From: Paramicrosporidium saccamoebae KSL3
Taxonomy: Eukaryota; Fungi; Cryptomycota
Reading direction: 5' to 3'
DNA length: 32,000 nucleotides
NCBI GenBank assembly: GCA_002794465.1
Contig: MTSL01000159.1
Location: 97,790-129,789, forward strand
Shown: piece by piece, positions 9,337 through 21,892 of the stretch
Numbering within the stretch: position 1 is the stretch's first letter
Layout: each line of letters begins with the position of its first letter
The notes under the pieces: generated by a model
The model's input: only the letters and a program-made list of their open reading frames with translations
Told to the model about the DNA's origin: nothing
The model's database searches: none
Made by a program: the position numbers and the translations under genes

Positions 9337-12300
9337 ATGCGCACATTCGATACACCCCGGCTGACGGCTCAGATGAGTTCGGTACGGAAGGAACCTGCTG
9401 GACAAGTCGAATCATTATGGGGACGCATTAAAATGTCAGAAATGGGAAGTCGCATTTCCCATGATCGGCCTGTCATCGGCGCCCTTCCCGCCAAGAAGGA
9501 GCGCAGTCTGTTGACGGCAACGGCAGAGCTCGCTGGAATGCACTATCGGCCACGCACAAAGGAGACTACCGCCGCCTGGGAATATTTGCTGTCGTTTGTG
9601 GGCGGAAAGGTGGGAGAACAACGGGATGTGTTGGCTGCAGCTGCGGAGGAATGCTTGAGGATATTGAAAGAGGAAGGCCGCGATTTGGATAAAAAGGAGG
9701 CCGTGGAGGGAGTGCTGGGAGGGATGGATTCGGATGCGTTTGCGCAAATTACCAATTTAGCCAAACGAATTACGGATTATGCACCGGAAACGACATCGAC
9801 AGCCCATGATGACGACGATGGTGGAGTGGCGGTGGTCTTTGAGGAGGAAGACGAAGGCCAATACGCTGCTGGTGACGAGGAAGAAGATGAAGCCGAAATC
9901 CAGGCTTCAATTCCGGTCATCAGAATGGATTCGGGCTACATGCAACCACAAGAAGAGGGCGACTTTCAAGTCGAACCAGCGGACATGGCCTCGACAGAAG
10001 AAGCCTTGCAGACGGTGGACTTGGATTCGTTGGCATTCACTCAGGGTAAGGATTCTTTGATTGTAACTGATTTGCATAGGGGGACACACCATGACGAATA
10101 AGAAATGCATCGTCCCAGAAAAGTCGAAAAAGATTAGCAAGCCTGGCTATGAAGAGATTCACATTCCAGCTCCCTCTCCAAGACCGTTGGAGGCAGGTGA
10201 GAAATTGGTACCGATTGCAACGCTTCCGGAGTGGGCACAGCTGGCATTTGCGGGAGTGGAAAAGCTGAACCGTGTGCAGAGCAGATTAAAGACGACGGCA
10301 TTGGATACGGATGACAATTTGTTGCTGTGTGCCCCAACTGGAGCTGGTAAAACCAATGTAGCTCTATTATCCATGCTCCACGAGATTGGAAAACATTGCG
10401 ATTCTGATGGCAAGATGACAGCGCCAGCACGGGACTCGTTCAAGATTGTGTACATTGCACCGATGAAAGCGCTGGTGCAAGAAATGGTCAGTAATTTTGG
10501 AAAGAAATTGGCTCCGTTTGGACTGACCGTTGCTGAATTGACGGGAGATCAACAGCTCACCAAGGCACAAATCGCTTCGACCCAGGTCATTGTAACGACC
10601 CCCGAGAAATGGGATATCATTACACGTAAGAACAATGACACAAGCTATACAAGATTGGTGCGGCTTGTCATTATTGATGAAATTCATTTGCTTCATGATG
10701 ATCGTGGACCTGTACTGGAGGCCATTGTGGCCCGTACTCTGCGACAGTCAGAGGAGACTCAACAATGGACTCGACTGGTGGGACTGAGCGCAACCCTTCC
10801 CAATTATATGGATGTGGGACGGTTCCTTCGAGTGGATGTCAAGAAAAACATCTTTTATTTCGATTCTTCGTTCCGACCGTGTCCATTGGAACAACAGTTT
10901 GTGGGAATCACTGAAAAAAGACCGCTGCAACGCAACCAAATGATGAATGAGATTGCGTATGAAAAGGTGATGGAGAGGGCAGGAGTGTCCCAAGTGTTGA
11001 TTTTTGTCCATTCACGAAAGGATACGGCCAAGACGGCCAAGGCCATCAGAGATATGGCCATCCAAAAGGGCACAGTGGCCGCTCTGCTCAAAGAATCTGC
11101 CTCGAACCGACAAGCATTGGCCGCGGCCGCAGAGGAGACAAAAAATCCCGATCTACAGGATCTGTTCCCATACGGATTTGCCATGCATCATGCCGGAATG
11201 ACTCGAGAAGATCGAAACTCTGTAGAGTCCATGTTTGCTGCAGGACAGATTCAGGTGCTGGTGAGCACTGCAACTTTGGCTTGGGGAGTCAACTTGCCCG
11301 CCCACACGGTCATTATTAAGGGAACGCAAGTGTACAATCCGGAAAAGGGAAGATGGTGCGAACTCAGTGCGCAGGATGTGTTGCAGATGCTTGGACGTGC
11401 CGGTCGTCCCCAATATGACACGCATGGAGAGGGAATCATTATCACCACGCATGGAGAGGTACAATTCTATCTGAGTCTGCTCAACCAGCAACTCCCCATT
11501 GAGAGTCAGCTCATCACCAAGTTGGTGGACCATTTGAATGCGGAAATTGTGCTTGGTAGTATTCGAACCCGGGATGAGGCGGTCCAATGGCTTGGCTACA
11601 CCTATCTCTTTGTGCGTATGCAGCGTGACCCATTGCTATATGGTGTGGCTCCAGAAGGCCTGCTTAAGCGACGCATTGAACTAATTCACACGGCGGCCAC
11701 GATTCTGGAAGAGGCAAATTTGGTGCGATATGATCGACGCTCGGGGATTCTACGCGGGACGGAACAGGGACGAATTTCAAGTCACTATTACATTGGACAT
11801 GCCTCCATGTCCACGTTTAATCAGCATCTCCGTCCCACAGCCACCGAACCGGACATTTGTCGCATCTTTTCCCTATCGCAGGAATTTCGACTGATTCCGG
11901 TGCGACAGGAAGAGCGACTTGAGTTGACTCGTCTTGCGGAAAGAGTGCCCCTACCCATCAGAGAGAATCCCGAAGAGGCCTCGGCCAAGATTAATATTCT
12001 GCTTCAGACGTACATTTCACGACTTTCTCTGGATGGCTTTTCTTTGGCAGCAGATATGGTATATGTGACGCAGTCGGCGGGACGTATCCTCCGTGCCATT
12101 TTTGAACTCTGTCTGCGTCGAGGTTGGGCCAGGACGGCGGCTCGTTCCTTGGAATTGTGCAAAATGGTGGAACAGCGAATGTGGCGCTCCATGACTCCAC
12201 TCCGTCAATTATCCGATCTGCCAGCCGATGTTCTGCGCAAACTAGAACGCAAGGACTTTCCATGGGAGCGACTCTTTGATCTGAATGCCCAAGAGTTGGG

Positions 12301-15103
12301 AGAATTGATCCGAACGCCGCCGGCGGGAAAAATGCTTCATCAGGCTTTGCGTCGGTTTCCGCGAGTTACATTGGAGGCACAGGCGGTGCCCTTGACCCGG
12401 GATTTGCTTCGCATCGATGCAACTATCACTCCGACATTTGAGTGGACTAGTGCCAGTACTGCAGTTTGGATTCTGGTGGAGGATGTGGATGGAGAGACGA
12501 TTCTGTTTTCTGATAGTTTGGTACTGAAGGCGTCTAATAAGAATTCGGCAGTCACTCTTTCAATGCACGTACCAATTCAAGATCCCCTGCCGCCTGCCTA
12601 TTTTGTCACGGTGATTTCTGATCGATGGCTTGGCTGCGAAACGCGTCTGCCCGTGGTACTGGGACCAATGGTTCTTCCAGAGAAAAAGTCACCTCCATGC
12701 GAGGTGGAGGGTACATTGCTATCGCCCGCTGTTGCATTTGCTATGCATCCGCAGCTCCAATCCTTGTACCGGGACGATTTTGATGAGATCCAAAGTATGG
12801 TGTTTCCAGCACTGTTCCGGTCTGACGAAAACGTCCTGGTGGGGTGCAAAGCGGCCAGCATTCCAGGAGGATCAGCGCTCGTCTGTGCTGAATTTGCCCT
12901 TTGGAGGGCATTGATTCAAGACGCATCAGCCAAGTGTGTTGTGATTACTAAATCCGAAGTCGTTTCCAAGATTGTATCGCATTGGCAAACAATTTTCGAG
13001 CCCACTTTTGTGTCGGAACTGACAGGGGACACTGCCACTGACTTGAAGCTTTTAGAACGCGGTGGAATAATCCTAAGCGATCCCCTCAAATGGGACCAAA
13101 TCTCTCGTCGCTGGAAGTCGCGCAAAAATGTCCAAAATGTTTCCCTGTTCATTGTCGATGGCTTGCACTGGTTAAGCAGCGACCCGATCTTGGAGGTGGT
13201 CATCTCGCGAATGAGACTTCTCTCTTCCCAATTGGAGAAGAATGTACGTATTGTGGCGCTGAGTGCACCAATGTGGAATGTACGTGAAATATGCGGATGG
13301 CTGGGCGTGTCAAGCAATACGTGCTATAATTACGAACCCACCGTGGGTAGTGCGACAATCCAGTTACAGGGATTCAATTTTGGTCATTATCCTTCTCTGT
13401 TGTTGGCCATGACCCGTCCTGCCTTTCGCGCTGGAAGGGATTCGGGAAAAGCGTTGGTGTTTGTAAATGATGCGAAACAGGCCCGGGCTACTGCAGCCGA
13501 TCTTGCAGCCCTAGTTGTTGCCAGCAAAGAATCTGCTGCAGCAGTGTTGGACAATGAGCTGTTGGGTGATGAACTGTTGGATGGCGTTATGAGAGATCGA
13601 GTTGGTTTCTTGGATCAATCACTTGGAAGGGAGCGCATCCAAAAGGTAGTGGAGTTATTTAATCATGGCCAAATTGATTTTCTGGTTGCACCTCGTCAGA
13701 TGGTGTGGGATGTGGAATTGAAGAGCAATTTGGTGGTTGTGATGGGCACTCAACAGTATTGCGGACGGGAACGACGCTATGTGGATTATTCAATGGCCGA
13801 ATTGCTTGCATTGATTGCTACGGCTCATCCGACCAGTGGGACAGCTTTGATCATGTGTCACTCGTCCAAGCGATCCGCGCTGACATTACTGTTGGAGGAG
13901 CCGTTGCCGTTGGAGAGTGCCATGGACACTACCTTTACTGATCAGCTGAATGCCGAGATTTCAGTCCGTTCTATAGGCTCAAAGCAGGATGCAGTGGATT
14001 ATCTAACTTGGACGCTCTTTTATCGTCGTTTGGCAAGGAATCCGAATTACTACGGCCTAACTGCAGTGGGACAGGTGGCTTTGTCAGAATATCTGAGCGA
14101 ATTGGTAGAAAGTTCGATTGCCGAGTTGGTAGAGGCCAAATGCATTGAGGAGACGGAAGACGAACTGACCAGTCTGAATTTGGGACTTATTGCTGCATAT
14201 TATGGCGTCAGGTGTGTGACCATTGAAATGTTGGCATTGTCACTGACAGCTGGCACCAAGACTCGTGGTATTCTGGAATGCATTGCAGCAGCTGCCGAAT
14301 TTGACGAGTTGCCACTGCGACAGGGCGAATATGCATTATTGGAAAGATTACAGGAGCGACTGCCCATCAAGTTGGGCGACAATTTCCACGACCCGCATGT
14401 CAAGGCCAATTTGCTTTTGCAGGCGCACTTTTCCCGCATCCCTCTGCCACACGCACTGGACATGGATAGACAAAGTGTGGTAGGAAAGACGCTCCCGCTG
14501 ATTCAGGCAGCGGTGGATGTGCTCAGCTCATACGGATTTCTGGTCCCTGCATTGGCTGCCATGGAATTCAGCCAGATGGTGGTGCAGGCCGTTTGGAATA
14601 CGGATCCTCCCCTACGACAGATCCTTGATGGCCCCGTCCTGCAGACAGTTGTGGAAAGTGGCATTACTTCTGTCTATGATTTGGATGCTTCAATGTTGGC
14701 TGGAATGTCCACAGCAATGCAGCAGAGTGTCGTCTTGGCCGCCAATCGATATCCGTCTCTTGAAGCAGAATATGGACTGGATTCGACCACTGTGACAATT
14801 GGACAGGATCTGTCCCTTAGGGTTGCCATTACCCGACAATCTGCTCCCGGACCGGTCATTTCCCCCCACTATCCCTTGCGCAAGGAAGAAGCGTGGTGGT
14901 TGTTGGTGGGAGTCCCAAGCACCCGCAGCATCTTGGGCATTAAGCGGTTTGTACCCGGTGATACTGCCAATGTGCATCTTGAATTTGCAGCACCCGAAGT
15001 TGTTGGCCAACATTCCCTGAAAATGTATTTGGTATGTGATGCCTATGCGGGCGCCGATCAAGAGTTTGATCTCAGTATCATTGTCGAATCCGAGCAGGAG
15101 TAA
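9337..15103 (+). CDS. BRR2: U5 snRNP helicase Brr2 (SNRNP200); exons 9337-10045 and 10080-15103
   Basis: N-terminal YRPRTKET..AWE and a 34-nt GTAAGG..TAG intron that restores AFTQGGHTMTNKKC. Cassette 1 has APTGAGKT and DEIH plus a Sec63 domain; a second degenerate cassette and Sec63 follow. About 1910 aa; start uncertain. Confidence 0.95.
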
Positions 15104-15244
15104 GTGAGGGGTTTAATTAACAAGTGTGAGTTTTGATATTGTGAGGCTTGTTAAATAAAGAGGTAGAGTGAGCAAATATAAACGATGCTAAAATATGAGC
15201 GATACCCGCTCTATTTGACGAGCCAGGAAATACAATAGGAGTTT

Positions 15245-15305
15245 AAATTTAAGTCGGCGAATTTAAGCCGACAAGTCGACAAATTCAGGTCAACAAATTT
15301 AACAG
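15245..15305. repeat. Degenerate 14-bp repeat immediately upstream of the NDUFS7 ATG
   Basis: AATTTAAGTCGGCG / AATTTAAGCCGACA / AATTCAGGTCAACA / AATTTAACAGTC. Confidence 0.6.
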
Positions 15306-15307
15306 TC

Positions 15308-15928
15308 ATGCCGACTGGTTTGGTAAGGTTCATGCGGCCGCAGTCCGCATTGGTATCTTCTACATTGGTTAAACCCGCTGCAATAGCATTCAGGAAATAC
15401 AATGCCGCTCCGGTGGTGCCATTGCGACCGCCACTCCCCAGTCATCTGACACCGCAGAACCGTCTGGAATACATCACCACCACATTGGACCAAATTATTA
15501 ATTATGTGCGCACTGGCTCGCTGTGGCCCATGACCTTTGGATTGGCGTGTTGTGCAGTGGAGATGATGCACATGGCTGTCAGTCGCTATGACCAGGACCG
15601 TTTTGGCGTTCTGTTCCGTGCGTCGCCCCGTCAGTCGGATGTAATGATTGTTGCCGGGACGCTGACCAACAAGATGGCTGCGCCCCTCCGAAAGGTATAT
15701 GACCAAATGCCCGAGCCGCGGTGGGTTATCAGCATGGGCAGTTGTGCCAATGGCGGCGGGTATTATCATTACAGTTATTCCGTGGTGAGGGGATGTGATC
15801 GTATTGTTCCCGTTGATGTCTATGTTCCCGGCTGTCCCCCCACTGCCGAGGCTCTGCTGTATGGCGTGTTGCAGTTGCAAAAAAAGATTAAACGGTCTCG
15901 ACCTGTGACCATGTGGTTCCGTCGTTGA
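15308..15928 (+). CDS. NDUFS7: Mitochondrial complex I PSST / 20-kDa Fe-S subunit (NuoB)
   Basis: [46 protein letters not shown] and [11 protein letters not shown], preceded by an Arg/Ser-rich presequence-like N-terminus. Confidence 0.97.
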   Translation: MPTGLVRFMRPQSALVSSTLVKPAAIAFRKYNAAPVVPLRPPLPSHLTPQNRLEYITTTLDQIINYVRTGSLWPMTFGLACCAVEMMHMAVSRYDQDRFGVLFRASPRQSDVMIVAGTLTNKMAAPLRKVYDQMPEPRWVISMGSCANGGGYYHYSYSVVRGCDRIVPVDVYVPGCPPTAEALLYGVLQLQKKIKRSRPVTMWFRR

Positions 15929-16003
15929 AAATAAAGCCATGTTGGGTTAGTGTGTGTCTTGGTTGTGTAAACCGTTGGCTAGGGTGTAAATCAGCTTGTC
16001 GAG

Positions 16004-16145
16004 TAAAGTTGAATGTAGTTGGGCGTAGTTGAGTGTAGTTGAGGCATACTAGTCAAAGCTCATACATTTATACACTTATACACTTATACATTTATACACC
16101 TACACACTTGTACACTTATAAACACTCATAACACACATGTAACAC
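16004..16145. repeat. Back-to-back minisatellites between convergent NDUFS7 and PMC1
   Basis: TGTAGTTGAG-like 10-mers x4 (16004-16043), then ATACACTTA-like 9-mers (16061-16145). Confidence 0.85.
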
Positions 16146-16150
16146 AGCTA

Positions 16151-19100
16151 TTAGTCTTCATTGGATGGGGGCTTATGAGCACGTCGGAGTGCAGTAAAAA
16201 AGGCCAAACTTCGTCTCACATCTCCAATGGCCGCTTGCCAATGCAACCGTTCGCGTGACATGTAAATCCGTTCGGGTCCCGTCGGCTTGGCTGTCCAATC
16301 GGGTAGTAGACGGATGATCAGGGCAACGGGGAGCGATAATATTCCAATTCCCAACGAAATGAGCCATAATTGCCACGATATAGGGACAGTGCTAAAAGCG
16401 GCTCCTCCAAAGAACACTAGGAAGACTTGTGCAATCACAGTTCCCACCCAGATTCCAATGAATATATTGTTTTGCAGCAGACCGCGGAAGGGATTAAGTC
16501 CGCCATTCAGGATCCGACAGTTGATTTCGTTAAAGAGCTGCATGAACACGAAGGAATTAAAAATCACCGTTCCCAGAATGGCGTTGGAGGCCGGTTCGTC
16601 GGGCAGACGGAATAATGCATGGCCTGCGTAAAGCAGGGTCAGCATGGCTGCCACCTGGAATATGGCTTGGCCAATGATCATTTTGGTCATTTTCACTGTA
16701 ATCAGACTCGAATGACTCGGCTCTGGAAAGCGTTCCAGGATTTCTTCACTCGGCCGATCGGTTGCCAAGGCTAGCGCTGCAAAAGTGTCCATAATCAGAT
16801 TGACCCAAAGCAGCTGTACTGCCGACAGCACTGATCGACTCTGTGGATCAAAAGCCGCACTGGCAAATGCAATGACCACGGCACTCACATTGACAGTCAG
16901 TTGGAATTGTAGAAACTTGCGGACACTATCGTTGACACACCGACCCCAGGCAACTGCCTTTACAATGCTCTTGAAATTGTCGTCCAATAGGACAATTGCC
17001 GAGGCTTCCTTAGCAACCTCAGTGCCAGCAATGCCCATGGCAAAACCCACATTTGCCGCCTTCAAGGCCGGTCCATCGTTTGTTCCATCACCAGTCACAG
17101 CAACCACCTCTCCCATCTCTTTCAACTTTCGCACGAGAATCTGCTTGTCCAACGGCGAAGAGCGTGCCAGTACTTGTAGTCGGGGGATCACATCTTCAAG
17201 GGCCTCGCTGGACAGTTCCCGAAAGCGGACCCCCTCCATCACCACTCCACCTCTCATCAAAATTCCGCATTTGCGAGCAATGCTTTGTGCCGTCACCACA
17301 TTGTCACCCGTCACCATTCTGACAAAGATCCCCGCCTTTTGACAGGTCGAGACGGCTTCGAGTACTCCCTCACGGAGGGGATCCTCAATGCCCACCAAGG
17401 CAATCAAGGTCATGGCCTCTAATGGCGGCCCCTCTCCCTTCCGACTCTCATATTGGCTGACTGTCATGTCACAATATGCAATCGCTATGGTCCGCAGCGA
17501 CTCTTGTGCCATGTCCATAATATGTCGTTTGAGGTTGCGCTGGTCATCCAAACTAATGGTTTCGATGCGACCCGATTTTCTAATCCACGAATTGCAAGTG
17601 TCAAGGACAATCTCAGATGCGCCTTTGCAGTGAATCCGAACCATTCCGGGACCACCCGCTTCAATCACTGTCGTCATGGATTTGCGTTCTGATGCAAAGG
17701 GAAAGACATCAATGACTTTGGCGTTGCTGCGAGTCGCTGTGTAATCAAAGTTCAATTTACGGATAAACTCGAGAAGAGCCGTCTCTGTCTTGTTCCCTAT
17801 AAACATACTTTCACCATGGCTCGAACTTTCAAAGGCCGTTGAGTTTACGGAAATTGCCTCGTCAAGACGTTCCAGTACGCTCGGATCGGCTGTTGAAAAG
17901 TCTTCACTCTTTCCCGCGTGATATTCAATGTCGCTGATTATGCCACGAACTACAGTCATTCGATTTTCTGTCAATGTGCCCGTCTTGTCTGAACATATAC
18001 TTGTGGCATTTCCCATCGTCTCACATGCTGACAGAACCCGCACCAAATTGTTGTCCTGCAGCATTCGTGTAGTGGCATAGGCCAAGGCCAAGGTTACGGC
18101 CATCGGAAGACCTTCGGGTACTGCCACCACTACCACTGTTACCGTCTCAATCACAATCAGTAAGAACCGTTCCAAGATTGTGGCCGGAGAAGGAAGGGGT
18201 GCCGAATCCAGGCTGAGCTGCACAATGTATTTAATGGTCAGCGTCAGGAACATTAACAAGGCAACAGAGGCGCCTGTCTTGGCTATCGACTCGGCAAGTC
18301 GATTGAGTTTGACCTGCAGAGGCGTTTCACTGACATCTTCCCGAAGCGCCATCATCATTCGGCCATGATAGGAATTTTCTCCAACGGCAATGCAAAGCAT
18401 CTGTCCTGTGCCATCAATAACCTTTGTGCCTGAGAGGAAGAATGGATCAAGCTTTACATCCGTATCGGGATCTCCTTTTCTAATGGCATCCGTTTCGCCC
18501 GTGGCACCAGATTCGTCGCATTGAAGATTGTGTCCAGTAATGTAAACGCCGTCACATGGAACTATTTCCTAAAATTTATGGCAATAATTGCGTGACTTAC
18601 GCCGGGCTCTAAAAGGACAATGTCGCCCACCGCAAGATCAAATATCGACAACCGATCGGGTTTGCCGTTCCGCAGGATATTTACCAGTCGATCTTCAGCC
18701 CTTTCGGACAATTTCCGGAACTGAATTTCTCGCTGGTAGTCATTTAGTGCATTCACGAGGACAACAATAACAACTGCTACCAGAATGGCGGCACCCTCAA
18801 TCCAATGCGTCAATGTTCCATCCCGCACATCTTGGTAAATCCCAATTCCAACTGAGACTAGCGCTGCCGCCGTCAGCAATAGCAAAATCTTGTCTAGTAA
18901 TGCGGCTAGCATCATGCGCCAAAGGGAAATGGGCTCCTTGGCCGGAAGGGTATTCTTGCCAAAATTTTGTTGTGAGGGGGAACGTGCACTGTCGGCCAAG
19001 CCGGTGACAAGACTAACACAGAACTGGCGAGCGAGCCCATTCACTCCGCCAAGCTGGCTCAATGCTTCGGGATTTTTTGGGTCAATCATGTGCGTCAACT

Positions 19101-19248
19101 GCGATGGAGTCAATTCGTAACAGACGCTACCCGCTTCCAGTGCAAGCTCCACGTCGCTTTGTGGACTTTGTGGCGGGCTGGATTTTTCATCCGTATGCCT
19201 TCCGCGGCCGACCAGACGACGGATTTTCTCTCCGAGTCGGCCCGCCAT
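16151..19248 (-). CDS. PMC1: P2B-type (PMCA/Pmc1) Ca2+-transporting ATPase; exons 19248-18601 and 18568-16151
   Basis: DESGATGE, VVAVPEGLPMAVT, SDKTGTLT, KGASE, MVTGDN, VTGDGTNDGPAL and QLLWVNLIMDT. A 32-nt GTAAGT..TAG intron restores LEPG-EIVPCDG. Confidence 0.95.
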
Positions 19249-19524
19249 GAATGTAAACAAGACCAGGATATGGAATGCATTAATCAGAGAAGGAAAATGA
19301 AAATGTGGCTGAGGGGTTAATCCATAATAGTCACGTTATAGAATGACTAGTGTATAGTGTATGGGGGTTTGCTACGACGATGAAGCGCAGAGATTAACTA
19401 TGCTAAATACACTGCAGGGTCAAGTCTCGTTGTTTTATTATGACACATACTGAACATTCGGGACTCTAACAAAGATACTAACAATCTTGTAATAGATATT
19501 TTCGTTACTTTGGCCGAGTTAGTC

Positions 19525-20246
19525 ATGGTAAGAGTCGTCAGTCCGCGGTCATGCTTGTAGAGTGCTGTGAAAAAGACCAAAAACTTGTCGTTTGAAGAAA
19601 AGCGCAAAAGAATGGGCGACTACTTTTTGGAGAAGCGCGACTACTTCCAATTGAAGGAGCTGGAGAAGCACCTTCCGAAGGAAAAGGGAATAGTGCAGCA
19701 ATCCGTCAAAGAGGTCTTACAAACTCTGGTAGATGATAGACTGGTGAATCTTGAAAAAATTGGAACTAGCAACTACTATTGGTCATTCCCGAGCACGGCC
19801 TTACAAACAGTACTACAATAGATACGGCTGACGGTGTAGAGGAAAACCAAGGTTGATACGCTAAAGGCGGAATTGGAAAAGTACGAGCGTCAAAGCACCG
19901 AGCTCAAAAAGCAGGTGAGTGAAGCGCTTGCATCTCGACCTGACGGCGCTGAGAGGGAAACTCTAATTAATGATTTGGAGGCATTAAAGAAGCTGAATCA
20001 CGAATATAGCACTGAATTGGAGCAATTCAAAGAGATGGATCCAGACTTGTTTGAACAAAAGAGTAAGCCATGCTTAATGATCTAACCCAGATAGAAAAGC
20101 TAATGCTGGAGGCCAAGTCGGGCTCAGATCGTTGGACTGACAATATTCTCACCCTCCAATCCCACTGTGCCAACAGCTTTAATCTTAGTCGCAGTGACTT
20201 TGCCAGCCAGTTTGGTCTTGCAGAGGACTTTGACTATGTACAATAG
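19525..20246 (+). CDS. MND1: Meiotic recombination protein Mnd1; exons 19525-19527, 19561-19809, 19840-20062, 20095-20246
   Basis: [52 protein letters not shown] and C-terminal DRWTDNI. Three introns (33, 30, 32 nt) give a 208-aa protein. Confidence 0.93.
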
Positions 20247-20389
20247 CTATGGGACTGAAATAAAGAGTGTTGAAATTGGTATGAAAGTTGATGCAAGACG
20301 ACACCCACATCGGAACTCTCGATCAAGGTGGATACTGTCTAACAGGGTCTCCCCAACTGCCACTCTCACAAAAAATAATTATTTTATAA

Positions 20390-20809
20390 ATGGGGCCGGC
20401 CGATGAACAGCTCCTTCGACAGGTACTCGCCATGCTACTCTACAGTAGACGCTTCCACCGAGCGTCTCGACCGGCTCTCGATGTCTTTTCATCAGTTTTG
20501 GAGGCTGTCATGATGCTACTATGGCGGCAAGCAGCCAGTTTTGCGAGAATGACAGACTGTCCGGTAAGCCTGCCGGTGGTGATGAATGAGCTGTTGCGGA
20601 CGGGGAAGCCGTTTTACTTGGATAGACGCGAACTGCTCGAGTATGAAGGAGAGCAGCCCGAGGGCGAAGCGGGAAGTGTGATGGAAGAGCGAGGACTGTT
20701 GAATGCACAATTGAGGGTGTTGGCAGGGACTCGGGTTGATGAAAAGCTGCATTGTATTGTAGTTGACCCGTCGGCCGACGCTGTTGAGAATCCCAATAGA
20801 AATGTATAA
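20390..20809 (+). CDS. Small bromodomain-associated (BTP) histone-fold protein, TAF3/TAF8/Spt7-like
   Basis: LLRQVLAMLL...FHRASRPALDVFSSVLEAVMMLLWRQA resembles BTP histone-fold helices. Resemblance is by eye only. Confidence 0.55.
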   Translation: MGPADEQLLRQVLAMLLYSRRFHRASRPALDVFSSVLEAVMMLLWRQAASFARMTDCPVSLPVVMNELLRTGKPFYLDRRELLEYEGEQPEGEAGSVMEERGLLNAQLRVLAGTRVDEKLHCIVVDPSADAVENPNRNV

Positions 20810-21012
20810 AAAGTTGCATGCTGGTGTCGGCGTGGGGGAAGGGTGTGACATGGTGTGATGGTGTAGTATAGAATGGTATAACGTGGCATGACAATATGTT
20901 GATATAATAACGCACTGATTTGTCAATCTTGGTACATGATACGATCGACTATCTAACAAATCCTATTTATATAACCACCTACCCTACCTACACCTACGGT
21001 CAGCAAAAAGTA

Positions 21013-21803
21013 TCAATAAATGTTCAAATAGCCATATCTACGTGCAAATACGATCAGTGCCAGGATGACTCCAATCGTGATATATGCTCGAATTTTGTCA
21101 CGGTTGATCCAGGCAACAATGCGTCTCTGTGAGGAATAGGCCATGTTTCCAACAACTTCAAAAGACTTCATGTTCAGAACAGCATGTCTAGTGGGCTCCT
21201 TTATGGGCTTCTTTGACTTTTCGGAAAACTCGGTCCAGTCTGCATTAGCAATGTACAAGAGACCATCTAGAGACGGCGAGGAAATGTTGGATCCATGCAT
21301 ATGGCCATCTTGGACCAAGATGAACGAAGGTAGTTTCTGAACGGCAAGCGCGGCAGAGATGACTGGACTATCAGAAAAAGATACTGTGGCGAGAATGGGC
21401 GGGTCTGCGGGAGGGACGCTGCAAAGCTTGGTCGCTAAATCCTTCCATAAATTCTTGTACGGCACGGAAAGGGGACACCAGTCTGCCCGTCTAAACATTA
21501 CGGTAGGGAATAGAACACTTACACCAAAATAAACCACTTGCCTTTGCGAAGCTTTGGAAGGTCGCTGTCAGTGAGCTGCATTTGGACGATGGGATCTCGT
21601 ATTGCTGCCTTCAAGCCGGCTTGGATGGGGAATTCGAAATCTCGGGCTATGTGCTCTTGGTGTTGGGCAGAGGTAGTTATATTCACAGAGTGGACAAGTG
21701 GTGCGGTTGGAGATGTGGAATTTTGCGAACCATAGTAGACCCAACCCGCGCCAGAAAACACTGCAGCTATGGTCACTGATAAGGCATGGAACGTCGAGAC
21801 CAT
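21013..21803 (-). CDS. ER membrane thioredoxin-fold protein (TMX/PDI-like) with a CxxS active site; exons 21803-21523 and 21490-21013
   Basis: A 32-nt GTAAGT..TAG intron joins KWFILV to RADWCPLS. Later LAVQKLPSFILVQDG matches the Trx 'PT' region. It has a hydrophobic N-terminus and a C-terminal TM helix AYITIGVILALIVFA. Confidence 0.75.
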
Positions 21804-21892
21804 GTCCAAGCGACTGACGGGCGAGACGTGTCAGCCAATAGGAAATAACCGACTTTTTGTTATTGAAGGATTGACAGTCAGAGCTGCTCGCA

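Noticed and set aside
12800-13200. Degenerate Walker A/B in the second Brr2 helicase cassette (GCKAASIPGG; VDGLH)
   Set aside because: The C-terminal cassette of Brr2 is known to be catalytically inactive, so this is not novel.
15299-15940. 213-aa antisense ORF over NDUFS7
   Set aside because: It is the typical antisense shadow of a conserved gene with biased codon usage.
20855-20880. GTGTAGTA resembling the U2 snRNA branch-recognition sequence
   Set aside because: The match stops after 8 nt, sits inside a G/T-rich repeat, and has no U2 stems or Sm site.
20508-20959. Overlapping minus-strand ORFs of 135 and 146 aa
   Set aside because: They have low-complexity His/Thr/Pro composition derived from the G/T-rich 3' repeat and are antisense to the BTP gene.
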